64,000 bases of DNA from Polyangiales bacterium (lineage in GTDB: Bacteria > Myxococcota_A > Polyangia > Polyangiales > Ga0077539): NCBI GenBank assembly GCA_044229975.1, contig JBGARZ010000002.1:192001-256000 (forward strand). The letters are read 5' to 3'. Below are positions 33,048 through 45,163 of this stretch, piece by piece (positions within the stretch are counted from its first letter, which is position 1; every line of letters begins with the position of its first letter). The position numbers were made by a program, and so were the translations under genes. The notes under the pieces were generated by a model. It made no database searches and had not been told where the DNA came from. It saw nothing but the letters and a program-made list of their open reading frames with translations.

Positions 33048-33760
33048 CTATCCGCCCGCGAGCGCGCGGTCGATGGCCTGGGCCGAGAAGCCCGCCATGA
33101 TGTGACCGCGCACGTCGAGGATGGGGATCGACCCCGTCGGCACCCCCGCGCGCTGCGCCTTCGTTCGCATCTCCTGCGCGGCCGCGGCGTCCTGTTCGAT
33201 GTCCTTCTCCACGAAGGCCACGTGGCGCTGCGTGAGGTACGCCGCCGCCTGGTGACACGCGCTGCACCACGACGCGCCGTACACGATCACCTGCGACGGA
33301 CCGTGCGCCGTCGACGCGTCCGCCGACGCCGCGACGGGCGCGCTCGACCCGAGCGGACCCTCCTGGCCGCCCCGCGCGAGCAGCACCGCGCCGAGCGACT
33401 CCGAGCGCACCGCGCGCAGCGGAAACACACCCGCGGGCGATGGGGCGCGGAGGTTGGCGACCCAGACCCAGCCGGGCGTTCGTAGCTCCGGCCGCGACGG
33501 ATCGACCCGCACCAGCTCACGCGACGTCTCGGGCACCTCGGACGCCCTCGTCACCGGGTGCGACGCGCCCTGCTGGTCGTACCAGAAGAAGACCACGTCC
33601 GTAGACTCCGCCCGCACCGTGAACCCCGGCTCGGGCACCGGCGTCGCCGCCACCGCCGCACCGCCGTCCCCCGTCGCGGGCGTCGGTGTGGCGCTCCGTC
33701 GACATCCCGCCGAAGCGAGCAGCGCCACCGCGATCATCCATGGGCCGTGTCGTCGCTGCA

Positions 33761-33761
<1 letters not shown>
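33048..33761 (-). CDS. Lipoprotein with C-terminal glutaredoxin-like domain
   Basis: Lipobox SAGC; VYGASWCSAC...SIPILDV motif; start overlaps ABC-F stop. Confidence 0.8.
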
Positions 33762-35662
<1,901 letters not shown>

Positions 35663-35702
35663 GGCGGTTTCGGCGCTTGAATGGATGAACGCCGCTAGGG
35701 TG

Positions 35703-38219
35703 TCAACGCCCGCGCAGGCCCTGCGCCACGCGCAGCACGTCGGCCAGCACCCCGGCCGCCGTCACCGCGCCGCCCGCGCCCGCGCCCTGCACGATGAGCG
35801 GGCTCTCCGAGTACCGCTCCGTGGTGAACGCCACGAAGGACTCGGCCCCGCGCAGTCGCGTCGACGGGTGAGCCGCGTCGACCACCATCGGCCCGACCCT
35901 CGCCTCGGGCCGGCCGTTGAGCCCCACCGGGTCGATGCGTACCAGGTAGCGCAGCACCTTCCCCTCCGCGCGAATGCCCGCCATGCGCTCGCCGAAGGCC
36001 GCGTCGTTGTCTCGCAGCCGCGCGAAGAAGCCCTCGACCGACGACTCGGCGAGGATGTCCGCCGGGGCGAGCGGCTCGACCTCGATGTCCTCCAGCGCCA
36101 TCGGGACGCCGAGCTCCCGCACCAGGATCAGCGCCTTGCGCGCGACGTCGAGACCCGACAGGTCGTCCCGCGGGTGCGGCTCGGTGAACCCACGCGCCTT
36201 CGCCGTCTCCACCGCGGCCGACAACGGGATGCCCTTCATCACCTCGTTGCAGAGGTAGCCGAGCGTTCCCGAGAGTGAGCCCTCGATGAGCAGCACGCGA
36301 TCGCCGGTGCGAACGAGGTCTTGCAGCGTCTCGATGACCGGAAGGCTCGCGCCCACGGTGGTCTCGTAGCGGTACCCGCGGAAGTGCCGACGCGCCGAGG
36401 CCATCAGCCGCTCGCGCGCCTCCCACGCCACCGTCAGCGGCTTCTTGTTGGCCGACACCACGTGGATGCCCCGCGCCAGCGCACCCGCATACACGGCGTC
36501 CATCCCGTCGAGCGCGGTGCAGTCCACCAGCACGGGCACCGGCAAGCGTTGCAGGCGATCGAGCACCGCGTCCATCGCGAGCGGTTCGCCCTTACCCACT
36601 TCGGTAAACAGCTCGCGCCACGCATCGAGCCGGACGCCCGTGGCGTCGAACACCGTCTGCGTCGACGCCGCGATGCCCACCACCTTCAACCGAACGCCGT
36701 GGGCCTCCCGCAGAAACGCCTGCTGCTGCGCGAGCTGCGCCAGGAGCTGCGCGCCCACGACACCCTTGCCCAGCACCATGAGGTTCACCTCCTGGTGGGC
36801 GAAGTTGAAGGCGGCGTGGACGGTGCGCACCGCCAGCGCCGTGTCGGCCGCGTCGATGGCGCACGAGATCGACCGCGAGCTCGCCCCCTGCGCGATGGCG
36901 CACACGGCGACGCCCACCGCCCCGAGCGCGCCGAAGAAGCGCCCCGGCGCGTTGGTCATGCGCCCCATGTCCTCGGCCACGAGCGAGAGCAGCGTCACGG
37001 GCGCGCGCACCCCCACCGGCTCCAGATCTCCACGCTCGAACTCCAGCGCCAGCTCCTTGGCGAGCGCCTCACGCGCCACGTCCACCGACGCGCCCGGGAT
37101 CACCACCGCGACGCCCTGCCCGTGCGCCGCCTGCGAGGTCATCCACACCGCGACGCCCGTCGCGCGCAGCGCCCGCAGCACCCGCTCGCCGAGCTGCATC
37201 TCGGCCGACAATCGACGGAGGCGGAGGTCGAGCAGCGCGAGGTTCTCCAGCGACGTCACGCAGGTCGGTCGCTCGCCCGGCGCGCGGTCGCCGCCGTCGA
37301 TGCGCGTCCCCGGCGCGGTGGGCGCCATGGTGTTGCGGATGCGCATCGGCACGCCGCTCTCCATCAGCGGAATCATCGTCCGCGGGTGGAACATCCTCGC
37401 CCCGAAGCTCGCCAGCTCCAGCGCCTCCATGTAGCTCATGCGGTCGATGGGGTAGGCGTCCTTCACGAGCCCCGGGTCGGCGGTCATCACCCCGGAGACG
37501 TCCGTCCAGATGTTGACCTCCGAGGCGTCGAGGCCGCGCGCCAGCAGAGTCGCCGTGTAGTCCGATCCGTTGCGCCCGAGCGTGGTGGTGCGCCCGTCGG
37601 TCGTCTGCCCGAGGAAGCCCGTGTGCACGGTGACGGGTGTGCTCCACCGCGAGCTCACCGCGCCGAGCTTCGCGCGCGTCGCGTCCCAGTCGACGAGCGC
37701 GTTGCCGAAGCGGGCGTCGGTCACCAGCCACGTGCGCGCGTCGACGAACTCCGCTGGAATGCCCCGCGCCGTGAGCAGCATCGACACCACCGTCGCGCTC
37801 AAGCGCTCGCCAAACGACATCACCAGGTCGAGCGTCTGCGCGGTGCGTTCGCGCAGCAGCGACACCCCCGTGAGCAGTCGTCGCAGCGGCACCAGCAGCT
37901 CGCGCACGACCGGCGTGATCTGCGGCCGATCGCCTGTCGTCCCGTGCGCCTTCTCGATGCTCTGGAGCACCAGCAGCCCATTGGCGGTGGCCACGTCGGC
38001 GACGTGGTCGATCATCCGCTCGGCGGCATCGTCGGCGCCGCGCGCGGCGTGATCGGCCGCCTCGATGAGGTGGTCGGTGGTGTCGCCCATCGCCGAGACG
38101 ACCACCGCGAGCGGCCCCGTCGCGACCTCCGCCGCGATCAGCGAGAGCACCTGGGAGAGGCGCTCGGGGGAGCCCACCGACGAGCCGCCGAACTTCATCA
38201 CGCGCAGCGAGGTCACCAT
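35703..38219 (-). CDS. thrA: Bifunctional aspartate kinase/homoserine dehydrogenase
   Basis: MKFGGSSV, TTLGRNGSD, ACT domains, SANKK, YETTVGA and GAGAG motifs; could equally be metL. Confidence 0.92.
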   Translation of the reverse strand: MVTSLRVMKFGGSSVGSPERLSQVLSLIAAEVATGPLAVVVSAMGDTTDHLIEAADHAARGADDAAERMIDHVADVATANGLLVLQSIEKAHGTTGDRPQITPVVRELLVPLRRLLTGVSLLRERTAQTLDLVMSFGERLSATVVSMLLTARGIPAEFVDARTWLVTDARFGNALVDWDATRAKLGAVSSRWSTPVTVHTGFLGQTTDGRTTTLGRNGSDYTATLLARGLDASEVNIWTDVSGVMTADPGLVKDAYPIDRMSYMEALELASFGARMFHPRTMIPLMESGVPMRIRNTMAPTAPGTRIDGGDRAPGERPTCVTSLENLALLDLRLRRLSAEMQLGERVLRALRATGVAVWMTSQAAHGQGVAVVIPGASVDVAREALAKELALEFERGDLEPVGVRAPVTLLSLVAEDMGRMTNAPGRFFGALGAVGVAVCAIAQGASSRSISCAIDAADTALAVRTVHAAFNFAHQEVNLMVLGKGVVGAQLLAQLAQQQAFLREAHGVRLKVVGIAASTQTVFDATGVRLDAWRELFTEVGKGEPLAMDAVLDRLQRLPVPVLVDCTALDGMDAVYAGALARGIHVVSANKKPLTVAWEARERLMASARRHFRGYRYETTVGASLPVIETLQDLVRTGDRVLLIEGSLSGTLGYLCNEVMKGIPLSAAVETAKARGFTEPHPRDDLSGLDVARKALILVRELGVPMALEDIEVEPLAPADILAESSVEGFFARLRDNDAAFGERMAGIRAEGKVLRYLVRIDPVGLNGRPEARVGPMVVDAAHPSTRLRGAESFVAFTTERYSESPLIVQGAGAGGAVTAAGVLADVLRVAQGLRGR

Positions 38220-38303
38220 TGGTCGCGGCGAGGTATCCCGCACCCGCCGCCCGGCGCGCAACCGCGTTGACCCGGCGGCCGCGATGGGACATCCCAGTCG
38301 CCG

Positions 38304-38996
38304 ATGAAGACCTTGGAAGTGGGTGGTTTGCGCGTTCGCTCGGTGGGGCCGGTCGCGGGGCCTGCGGTGATCCTCTGCCACGGGTACGGCGCTCCGGGCG
38401 ACGACCTCTGCTCGCTCGCTTCGGCCATCGACGCGGGGCCCGGCGTGCGGTGGTTCTTCCCTGAAGCGCCGCTCGAGCTCGGCGGCGGCGCTCGCGCGTG
38501 GTGGCCCATCGACATGGTCGCCATCCAGATCGCGCTCATGCAGGGACGCCCTCGCGTCTTCGACACCGAGGCCGTGCCCGCCGGGATGACCGACGCGCTC
38601 GCTCGCACGCAGGCGTGCCTTCAGGCGCTCATCCGCGACCACGGCGTCGACCCCGCGAGCACCGTCATCGGTGGCTTTTCACAGGGCTCGATGGTGACCA
38701 CCGACCTCTTCCTCAATGCCTCCGAGAAGTGGGCGGGACTCATGGCCCTCTCGGGCACGCTCCTCGCCGGCACCCGCTGGCGCCCTGCCGCCCAGCAGAA
38801 CGCCCGCGGCCGTCGTGTCTTCCAGAGTCACGGTCGGCAGGACCCCATCCTCCCCTACCCTGTCGCGGAGGAGCTCCACACCTTGCTGGAGTCCAACGGC
38901 GCCACTGTCGACTGGGTCCCCTTCAACGGGCCCCACACCATCACGCCCACCGTGTGTAGCCGCGCGGGCGCGTGGCTCCAGTCGGTGCTGCGTTAG
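38304..38996 (+). CDS. Phospholipase/carboxylesterase
   Basis: CHGYG, GGFSQG, HGRQD and GPH motifs. Confidence 0.88.
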   Translation: MKTLEVGGLRVRSVGPVAGPAVILCHGYGAPGDDLCSLASAIDAGPGVRWFFPEAPLELGGGARAWWPIDMVAIQIALMQGRPRVFDTEAVPAGMTDALARTQACLQALIRDHGVDPASTVIGGFSQGSMVTTDLFLNASEKWAGLMALSGTLLAGTRWRPAAQQNARGRRVFQSHGRQDPILPYPVAEELHTLLESNGATVDWVPFNGPHTITPTVCSRAGAWLQSVLR

Positions 38997-39763
38997 AGCT
39001 TCGCGCGAGCGCGGTGCACGAGCGATTGCACGGCGGCCTCGGCGGCGGCGGTGAGGCGCTTGGAGGTGGTTCCGTTGGAAGGGATGACCTCGCCCTCGAC
39101 CATCGCGACCGTGATCGAGGGCTGCTCCAGGAGTCGTCGTCCGTGTTGCCCGAGCGACTCGTGCCAGTAGATTGCCTCGGGTTCGCGGTACGCGATGCCC
39201 ACCGGCAACACCTCCGCGCCGCTGCGCGCCGCCGCGAGGAAGGCGCCCGCGTGGAAGGGTCGCACCTCGTCGCCCGGGTACGTCGTGCCCTCGGGGAAGA
39301 CCGTGACCGCCCTGCCCGCTCCGAGTCGATCGCCCACGCGACGGATGGACGCCGCGCCGCTCGCGCTGTTGCTGCGATCGACGTACAGCGTGCCCGCGAT
39401 GGCCGCGAGGTAGGCCACCACGGGCCAGCGCTGGAGGTCGTCCTTCGAGAGGATGTTTCCGCCGTAGCGTGAGAGCACCAGCAGGATGTCGATCATCGAG
39501 CGGTGGTTGGATACGATGAGCCGACCCGTCGCCGGAACCGGAGGCAGCGACGTGTTCACCCCGTCGTCGAGGACGCGAACGCCCATCACCGTGAGCAGCC
39601 GTCGGCTCCACCCCCGCACGTAGGCGTCACGCCGCGCTTCGGTCTGCCCGCGCAGCCGCCCCTCCACCCATAGAACACCCACCTCCGCGCCCGTCACCGA
39701 AGCCAGTCCCAGGGCTCTCGCGGCGACGCGAGACGATCGCAGAACGGCCTTCGGGTCGATCAC
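38993..39763 (-). CDS. plsC: 1-acyl-sn-glycerol-3-phosphate acyltransferase family
   Basis: NHRSMID and FPEGT motifs. Confidence 0.85.
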   Translation of the reverse strand: MIDPKAVLRSSRVAARALGLASVTGAEVGVLWVEGRLRGQTEARRDAYVRGWSRRLLTVMGVRVLDDGVNTSLPPVPATGRLIVSNHRSMIDILLVLSRYGGNILSKDDLQRWPVVAYLAAIAGTLYVDRSNSASGAASIRRVGDRLGAGRAVTVFPEGTTYPGDEVRPFHAGAFLAAARSGAEVLPVGIAYREPEAIYWHESLGQHGRRLLEQPSITVAMVEGEVIPSNGTTSKRLTAAAEAAVQSLVHRARAKL

Positions 39764-39798
39764 GAAGGAGCGCTACAACGCCCCGCCGCGCCGCGCAA

Positions 39799-40566
39799 TC
39801 AGCGAAGCGGGACGACCGTCGCGCACACGCCCGCGGGGCCGCTGCGCCGCGTGGGGATGTTGCGGTCGAGGCGCCACGATCCGCTCGCGCACTGGTACCA
39901 CTCGTTGTCGAAGCGGCTCTGGAGGCAGGTGCGGCCGGGCATCTCGCGACCGTAGGTTCCGCTGAAGCAGCTCGCGACCGGAGCGCTCATCTCGGGCGGC
40001 ATGGTCGGGGCCATCGTCGTGCCCGCGCCACAGCCCAGCGGGGTCGACGAGGCCACGAGCTCGGCGCGCACTTCTACCCGGTCGGACCATCCCACGCCGC
40101 TGCGGTTGTAGAGCTCGCGGGTGATCACGGGCGAGGCGTCGATGATGGGCTTCCGCGCCGCCTGCTCGACGCAGATGTTGGGGCCGACGTCGGCCACCTG
40201 CGCGACACACCAGCGGCCCGTGCGGGGGTTGGTGAGGCGCACCTTCGCGCGACAGCCGAAGCGCCACGAGTCGGCGATGTACATCCAGCGACCGTCGGCG
40301 ACGCCGCCGCAGGCCATGGTGCCCACCTCCACACCGCCGCCGAAGGTGGTGATGAAGTACATGTTGTCCGAAGGGATCGTGCGCACCGCGATCTCGCCGC
40401 GCTGGGGGCAGTAGTGACCACCCACCGTGAGCTCGCTCACCACGGACGCGGACACCCCGTCGCCCGAACCCTCCGCGTCGGTGAGCGCGTCGTCGCTGCC
40501 GTAACAGCCCGTGAGCACCACCAGGGACATCAGGCTCAAGCGCGCGATTCGGATGGCGTTGGTCAT
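39799..40566 (-). CDS. Lipoprotein with double-psi beta-barrel (RlpA-like) domain
   Basis: Lipobox LTGC; V.D.GP...IID pattern (VADVGP...IIDAS); Cys-rich C-terminus. Confidence 0.65.
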   Translation of the reverse strand: MTNAIRIARLSLMSLVVLTGCYGSDDALTDAEGSGDGVSASVVSELTVGGHYCPQRGEIAVRTIPSDNMYFITTFGGGVEVGTMACGGVADGRWMYIADSWRFGCRAKVRLTNPRTGRWCVAQVADVGPNICVEQAARKPIIDASPVITRELYNRSGVGWSDRVEVRAELVASSTPLGCGAGTTMAPTMPPEMSAPVASCFSGTYGREMPGRTCLQSRFDNEWYQCASGSWRLDRNIPTRRSGPAGVCATVVPLR

Positions 40567-40721
40567 GACCTCACACCGCGCTGTGCAGTCCACATGCCGC
40601 TCTGAAACGCTTGGATTCAGGCCGGTTGCCGGTGGTCATCGAAGCCCCAGGCCACAACGCACCCAGGCTTTACAGAGAACCCTACCCACGCGCTGCGTCA
40701 TCGGGACTAGCATCGCGGCCC

Positions 40722-41807
40722 GTGCGCCCCTCCAAAGCATGGGTTCTGTGTGTGTTCTCGGCGTTGGGCTGCGGTCTCGGAAACCCCGAGCTGCGCGTCC
40801 TGCCTGACGGCAACGTCGTCGTCGAGGTCGATGCCGGGAAGACCGCGGACCTCGGTGACCCCGTCGACCTCGGTGTCACCAACGACGACGGCACCTCCGC
40901 CGATCGCCCCGTCGACGATGATCGGTCCGTCGTCGATGCGGGCGACGACGTGGTCATCGCTGACGACGTGACCACCGTCGACTCTGGTGACGTCGTCGTC
41001 ACGACGGACGTCTCGGATGCTGGCTCGGACGTGGCAGATGTTCCGGCGACCGATGTCGCGGACGTGGTGGCGGTCGACGTCGCCGACGCGGGCATCGACG
41101 TCCCGGAGGCGTCCGATGTTCCGGCGGCACCCGACCTGCCCGCGGCGCCCGACGTGCCCGTGATGGATGTTCCTGCGATGGCCGATGTGCCCGCGTCGAC
41201 TGATGTTCCGACGGTGCCCGATGTTCCTTCGGCGCCCGATGTTCCGACGGCGCCCGATGTCCCGCCGGCCATCAGCTGGCACCTCGTGACGGGCGACACG
41301 ATGTACACGCCGTGGCGTGGCACGGCCCCGGGCAGCCCCGAGGTTCGCGATTGCCCGGACGGGCAGGTGCTTGTCGGGCTGCGGACCTGGTCTTCGGACT
41401 ACGTCAGCGGCATGGCACCGTGGTGCGCGCCGCTCACCACGATGGGCACCATGGGCACGGCGACCCTCGGCGGCCGCGTGGGCGGAACGAGCAACGACAA
41501 CGGCAGCGACGACGACGACCTCTGCCCCGCGGGTGAGCTCATCGTGCGCTTCACGGGTCGATCGGGCGGCATCATCGATCGCTCGCAGGCGGTCTGCGCG
41601 CCGCTGTCGACGTGGCTCACGACGCGCGCCATCGGCAGGACGTTGCGCCGCTATGGCGACAGCAGCGGCGGCAGCGCCTTCGAAGACACCTGCCCCGCCG
41701 GCTACGTCGGAGCGGGCTTCCAAGGCTCGACGCGCGTCAACTTCGACTACTTCCGCGACCGCCTCGGATCGCTCCGCCTGCGCTGCGTTCGCGTGGCCGA
41801 TCGGTAG
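40722..41807 (+). CDS. Lipoprotein with Asp/Val/Pro repeat stalk and C-terminal Cys-containing beta-prism/lectin-like domain
   Basis: SALGC lipobox; three CP.G...G repeats; start re-picked at GTG 40722. Confidence 0.7.
   Translation: MRPSKAWVLCVFSALGCGLGNPELRVLPDGNVVVEVDAGKTADLGDPVDLGVTNDDGTSADRPVDDDRSVVDAGDDVVIADDVTTVDSGDVVVTTDVSDAGSDVADVPATDVADVVAVDVADAGIDVPEASDVPAAPDLPAAPDVPVMDVPAMADVPASTDVPTVPDVPSAPDVPTAPDVPPAISWHLVTGDTMYTPWRGTAPGSPEVRDCPDGQVLVGLRTWSSDYVSGMAPWCAPLTTMGTMGTATLGGRVGGTSNDNGSDDDDLCPAGELIVRFTGRSGGIIDRSQAVCAPLSTWLTTRAIGRTLRRYGDSSGGSAFEDTCPAGYVGAGFQGSTRVNFDYFRDRLGSLRLRCVRVADR
41097..41270 (+). repeat. Coding tandem repeat of about 18 bp (DVPxxP hexapeptide)
   Basis: gatgttccgacggcgccc-like units, about 9-10 copies. 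Confidence 0.8.
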
Positions 41808-41813
41808 CGCGCG

Positions 41814-43007
41814 CTACTCCCTGAAGGCCACGTCGAGCGCCTGCCCGAGATCGTCGAGCAGGTCGCTCTGGGCCTCGATGCCGACCGCGAGTCGCACGAG
41901 GTTGTCGGGCATCCCTACCGCGAGCCGCTCGTCCGAGCTCAGCTCGTAATAGGACATCAGCGCAGGCTGCTCGATGAGCGTCTCGACCCCGCCGAGCGAC
42001 GGGGCGATGGCCGCCACGCGGCACGCGTCCACGAAGCGCGACGTGCGAGCGCCGTCCCCCTTCACGAGGAAGCTGACCACACCACCGAAGCCCTGCATCT
42101 GCGCCACCGCGACGCGATGATCGGGGTGGCTCTCCAGCCCCGGATAGAACACCCGCTCGATGCGCGGATCGGTCTCCAGCGCGCGAGCGATGGCGAGCGT
42201 CGAGGCGTTTTGCCGGGCCACCCGAAGCGCGAGGGTCTTCATCCCGCGCAGCAGCAGGTACGCCGCGTGCGGGTCGAGCACGCCGCCCATCACCCCGCGG
42301 AAATCGCGGATCGCATCGACGAGCACGGCCGACCCGCTCACGGCGCCTGCCAGCAGATCGTTGTGCCCGCCGAGGTACTTCGTCGCCGAGTGGATCACCA
42401 GGTCGACGCCCAGCTCCAGCGGCCGTTGGTTGACCGGCGTGGAGAAGGTCGCGTCGATGAGAAACTTCACTGACGGGTGCGCGGCCTTCAGCGCTCGCAG
42501 CGCTTCAAGGTCGACCACACGCAGGTACGGGTTGGTCGGCGACTCCGAAAACACCACCCGCGTCCTGCCCGGGACGATCGCCCGCGCGAGCGCCTCAGGA
42601 TCACCCGGCTCGACCACCGTCGACTCCACGCCGTAGCGCGGCAGCACACCCGTCACGAACTGCCGCGTGCGCCGGTAGCAGTCCCTGGTGAGCACCACGT
42701 GGTGACCCGATCGCAGCATCGCGAGCAGCGCCGTCGTGATGGCCGCCATGCCCGACGCGAAGAGCGCCGAGTCCTCCGCGCCGTCGAGGTCGGCGAGCTT
42801 GCGCTCGGCCGCGCGCACTGTCGGGTTGCCGTAGCGACCGTACTCCTCGCGCTCGACCTCGCCGCGGTGGTGCCGCCCGAGCTCGCTCGCGTCCTCGAAG
42901 GTGTACGTCGAGGTCAACGCGAGGGGTGTCGTGAGGGAGTCGTGGGCGTTCTTGCGCGACTCGCCCGCGTGCACCGCGCGCGTGTCCAAAGACCTCTCGT
43001 CGCTCAT
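41814..43007 (-). CDS. metB: Cystathionine gamma-synthase / transsulfuration PLP enzyme
   Basis: YGRYGNPT, FASGMAA, ESPTNP, HSATKYLGGHND and APSLGGVE motifs. Confidence 0.9.
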   Translation of the reverse strand: MSDERSLDTRAVHAGESRKNAHDSLTTPLALTSTYTFEDASELGRHHRGEVEREEYGRYGNPTVRAAERKLADLDGAEDSALFASGMAAITTALLAMLRSGHHVVLTRDCYRRTRQFVTGVLPRYGVESTVVEPGDPEALARAIVPGRTRVVFSESPTNPYLRVVDLEALRALKAAHPSVKFLIDATFSTPVNQRPLELGVDLVIHSATKYLGGHNDLLAGAVSGSAVLVDAIRDFRGVMGGVLDPHAAYLLLRGMKTLALRVARQNASTLAIARALETDPRIERVFYPGLESHPDHRVAVAQMQGFGGVVSFLVKGDGARTSRFVDACRVAAIAPSLGGVETLIEQPALMSYYELSSDERLAVGMPDNLVRLAVGIEAQSDLLDDLGQALDVAFRE

Positions 43008-43022
43008 GTCTTGGATCTCCTG

Positions 43023-43565
43023 TCAGCGTCGGTTGGCGCGCTGGGCGGGCGCGATGTGCAGCCGCGTGGCGGCCGCCTCGTAGAGCGCGATGCAGCGCAG
43101 GTGGGCGTCGTTGGCCTCGCTCACCAGCCGGTTGGCCCGATCGAGCATCGCACCGAGCCGCCGCGCGTCTTCGGGCGACGGATCACCCGAGTCGGGCAGC
43201 AGCGCGCGCATCTGCGTCTGGAGCTCGTGCGCGTCGTGGTTGCCCCGGTAGGTGGTCACGCAGGAGTCGCGCAGGTCGCTCGCGCCCGGCGTCCGCGGGT
43301 GCAGCGCTTCGAGCGCACGAATCGCCTGGTGCTCCTCTTCCCCATGGCCCGCGCGGATGATCCCCGACACGGCCTCGACCGCCCCGCGCAGCTCGGCCTC
43401 GTCCGACAGCTCCAGCGGGTCGCGCGGCCGGTCGTCGTGGTCGGGCCCGTTGCGCGCCGCCAACAGCAGCAGCGGAACGGTCACCGCCACCGCCCCGAGC
43501 GCCACCAGCGCGCCCCTCGGCCGCGGCGCCTTCTTCTTCGCTGGGCTGTCGGGGTCCGCCGCCAC
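43023..43565 (-). CDS. Hypothetical membrane-anchored protein
   Basis: One TM helix, helical C-terminus; GTG start 2 nt after the upstream stop. Confidence 0.65.
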   Translation of the reverse strand: MAADPDSPAKKKAPRPRGALVALGAVAVTVPLLLLAARNGPDHDDRPRDPLELSDEAELRGAVEAVSGIIRAGHGEEEHQAIRALEALHPRTPGASDLRDSCVTTYRGNHDAHELQTQMRALLPDSGDPSPEDARRLGAMLDRANRLVSEANDAHLRCIALYEAAATRLHIAPAQRANRR

Positions 43566-43567
43566 CG

Positions 43568-45097
43568 TCAGACCGGCGGAACCATGTGGTGCTTGCGGGG
43601 CCGCGACTGCCGCTTGCCCGCGAGCCGGGCGAAGCGCCGCGACAGCTCGCCGCGCAGGCCCTCGAAGGGCACCACCGCGTCGATGACGAGGTCGTTCGCG
43701 AGCTTGTAGAGGTCCACGTCCTCCCGGTACTCGGCGCGCAGCTTCTGCACGTACGCCTCCCGCTCCGGGCCCTCCGCGACCTCCTGGATCTTGTTGAAGT
43801 ACACCGCGTTGACCGCCGCGCTCGGGCCCATCACGGCGATGGACGCCGTCGGCAGCGCGAGGCACGCGTCGGGCTCGAAGGCCGGCCCGCACATCGCGTA
43901 GAGCCCAGCCCCGTAGGCCTTTCGCACCACCACCGAGAGCTTCGGCACGCGCGCCTCGCTCACGGCCGCGATCATCTTGGCGCCGGCCCGGATGATGCCG
44001 TCGCGCTCGACCTTGGTGCCGATCATGAAGCCCGGCACGTCGGCCAGGTACAGCAGCGGGATGTTGAACGAGTCGCACAACCAGATGAAGCGCGCGGCCT
44101 TGTCGGCGCTGTCGACGAAGATGACGCCGCCCTTGTACCAGGGCTGGTTGGCCACGATGCCCACGGGCTTGCCGTCGATGCGCGCGAAGGCGGTGATCAT
44201 CTCCTGCGCGAAGAGCTTCTTCACTTCGAGGAGGGAGTCCTTGTCGACGATCTCCCGGATGAAGTGGAACATGTTGAAGGGCTTGTTCTCATCCACCGGG
44301 ACGATCTGCTCCAGCGTCTTGCCCGTGGCGTCGGGCGCCACCGGCTCGACGACCGGCGCGGCTTCGTCGAAGTTCTGCGGCATGTACGCGAGGTAGCGCT
44401 TCGCCCACGCGATGGCCTCGTCCTCGGACTTCACCAGCACGTCGCCGCACCCGGAGACCGAGCAGTGCATCTTTGCGCCGCCCATCTCTTCGAGCGTGAC
44501 CTTCTCGCCGATGACCATTTCGGCCATGCGCGGCGAGCCCAGGTACATGGCCGCGTTGCCCTCGACCATCACCACGACGTCGCAGAACGCCGGGATGTAC
44601 GCCCCGCCCGCGGCGCTCGGCCCGAAGAGCAGGCACACCTGCGGAATCTGCCCCGACATCTGCACCTGGTTGTAGAAGATGCGCCCCGCCCCACGGCGCC
44701 CAGGGAACATCAACACCTGGTCGGTGATGCGCGCCCCGGCCGAGTCGACGAGGTAGAGCAGCGGGCAGCTCAGGTCGCGCGCGATCTCCTGCACACGCAG
44801 GATCTTCTCGACGGTGCGCCACCCCCACGACCCGGCCTTGACCGTGGAGTCGTTGGCCATGATCGCCACGGTGCGGCCGTTGACGGTCGCGGTGCCGGTG
44901 ACGACGCCGTCGGCGGGCAGGTCGGGGTCGGTGTTGTTGGCGAGCGCCGCGTCTTCCTGGAAGGACCCGGCGTCGATGAGGCGGGCGATGCGCTCGCGGG
45001 CGAAGAGCTTACCGTCCTTGGTATTCTTCGCGTGGTACTTCTCCGCCCCGCCGCGCTCGACGCGGGCGACGACCTGCTTCAGGCGTTCGTCTGACAT
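43568..45097 (-). CDS. Acyl-CoA carboxylase carboxyltransferase subunit (3-methylcrotonyl-CoA carboxylase beta/LiuB-like)
   Basis: DSAGAR, AAGGAY, DVPGFMIG and RKAYGAG motifs. Confidence 0.92.
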   Translation of the reverse strand: MSDERLKQVVARVERGGAEKYHAKNTKDGKLFARERIARLIDAGSFQEDAALANNTDPDLPADGVVTGTATVNGRTVAIMANDSTVKAGSWGWRTVEKILRVQEIARDLSCPLLYLVDSAGARITDQVLMFPGRRGAGRIFYNQVQMSGQIPQVCLLFGPSAAGGAYIPAFCDVVVMVEGNAAMYLGSPRMAEMVIGEKVTLEEMGGAKMHCSVSGCGDVLVKSEDEAIAWAKRYLAYMPQNFDEAAPVVEPVAPDATGKTLEQIVPVDENKPFNMFHFIREIVDKDSLLEVKKLFAQEMITAFARIDGKPVGIVANQPWYKGGVIFVDSADKAARFIWLCDSFNIPLLYLADVPGFMIGTKVERDGIIRAGAKMIAAVSEARVPKLSVVVRKAYGAGLYAMCGPAFEPDACLALPTASIAVMGPSAAVNAVYFNKIQEVAEGPEREAYVQKLRAEYREDVDLYKLANDLVIDAVVPFEGLRGELSRRFARLAGKRQSRPRKHHMVPPV

Positions 45098-45163
45098 GGC
45101 GGGTGCCGTACCCCAACCCTCGCGGCGACCGCAAGGGTTGAGGGCGGCCGAGGAGGCAGGCGA

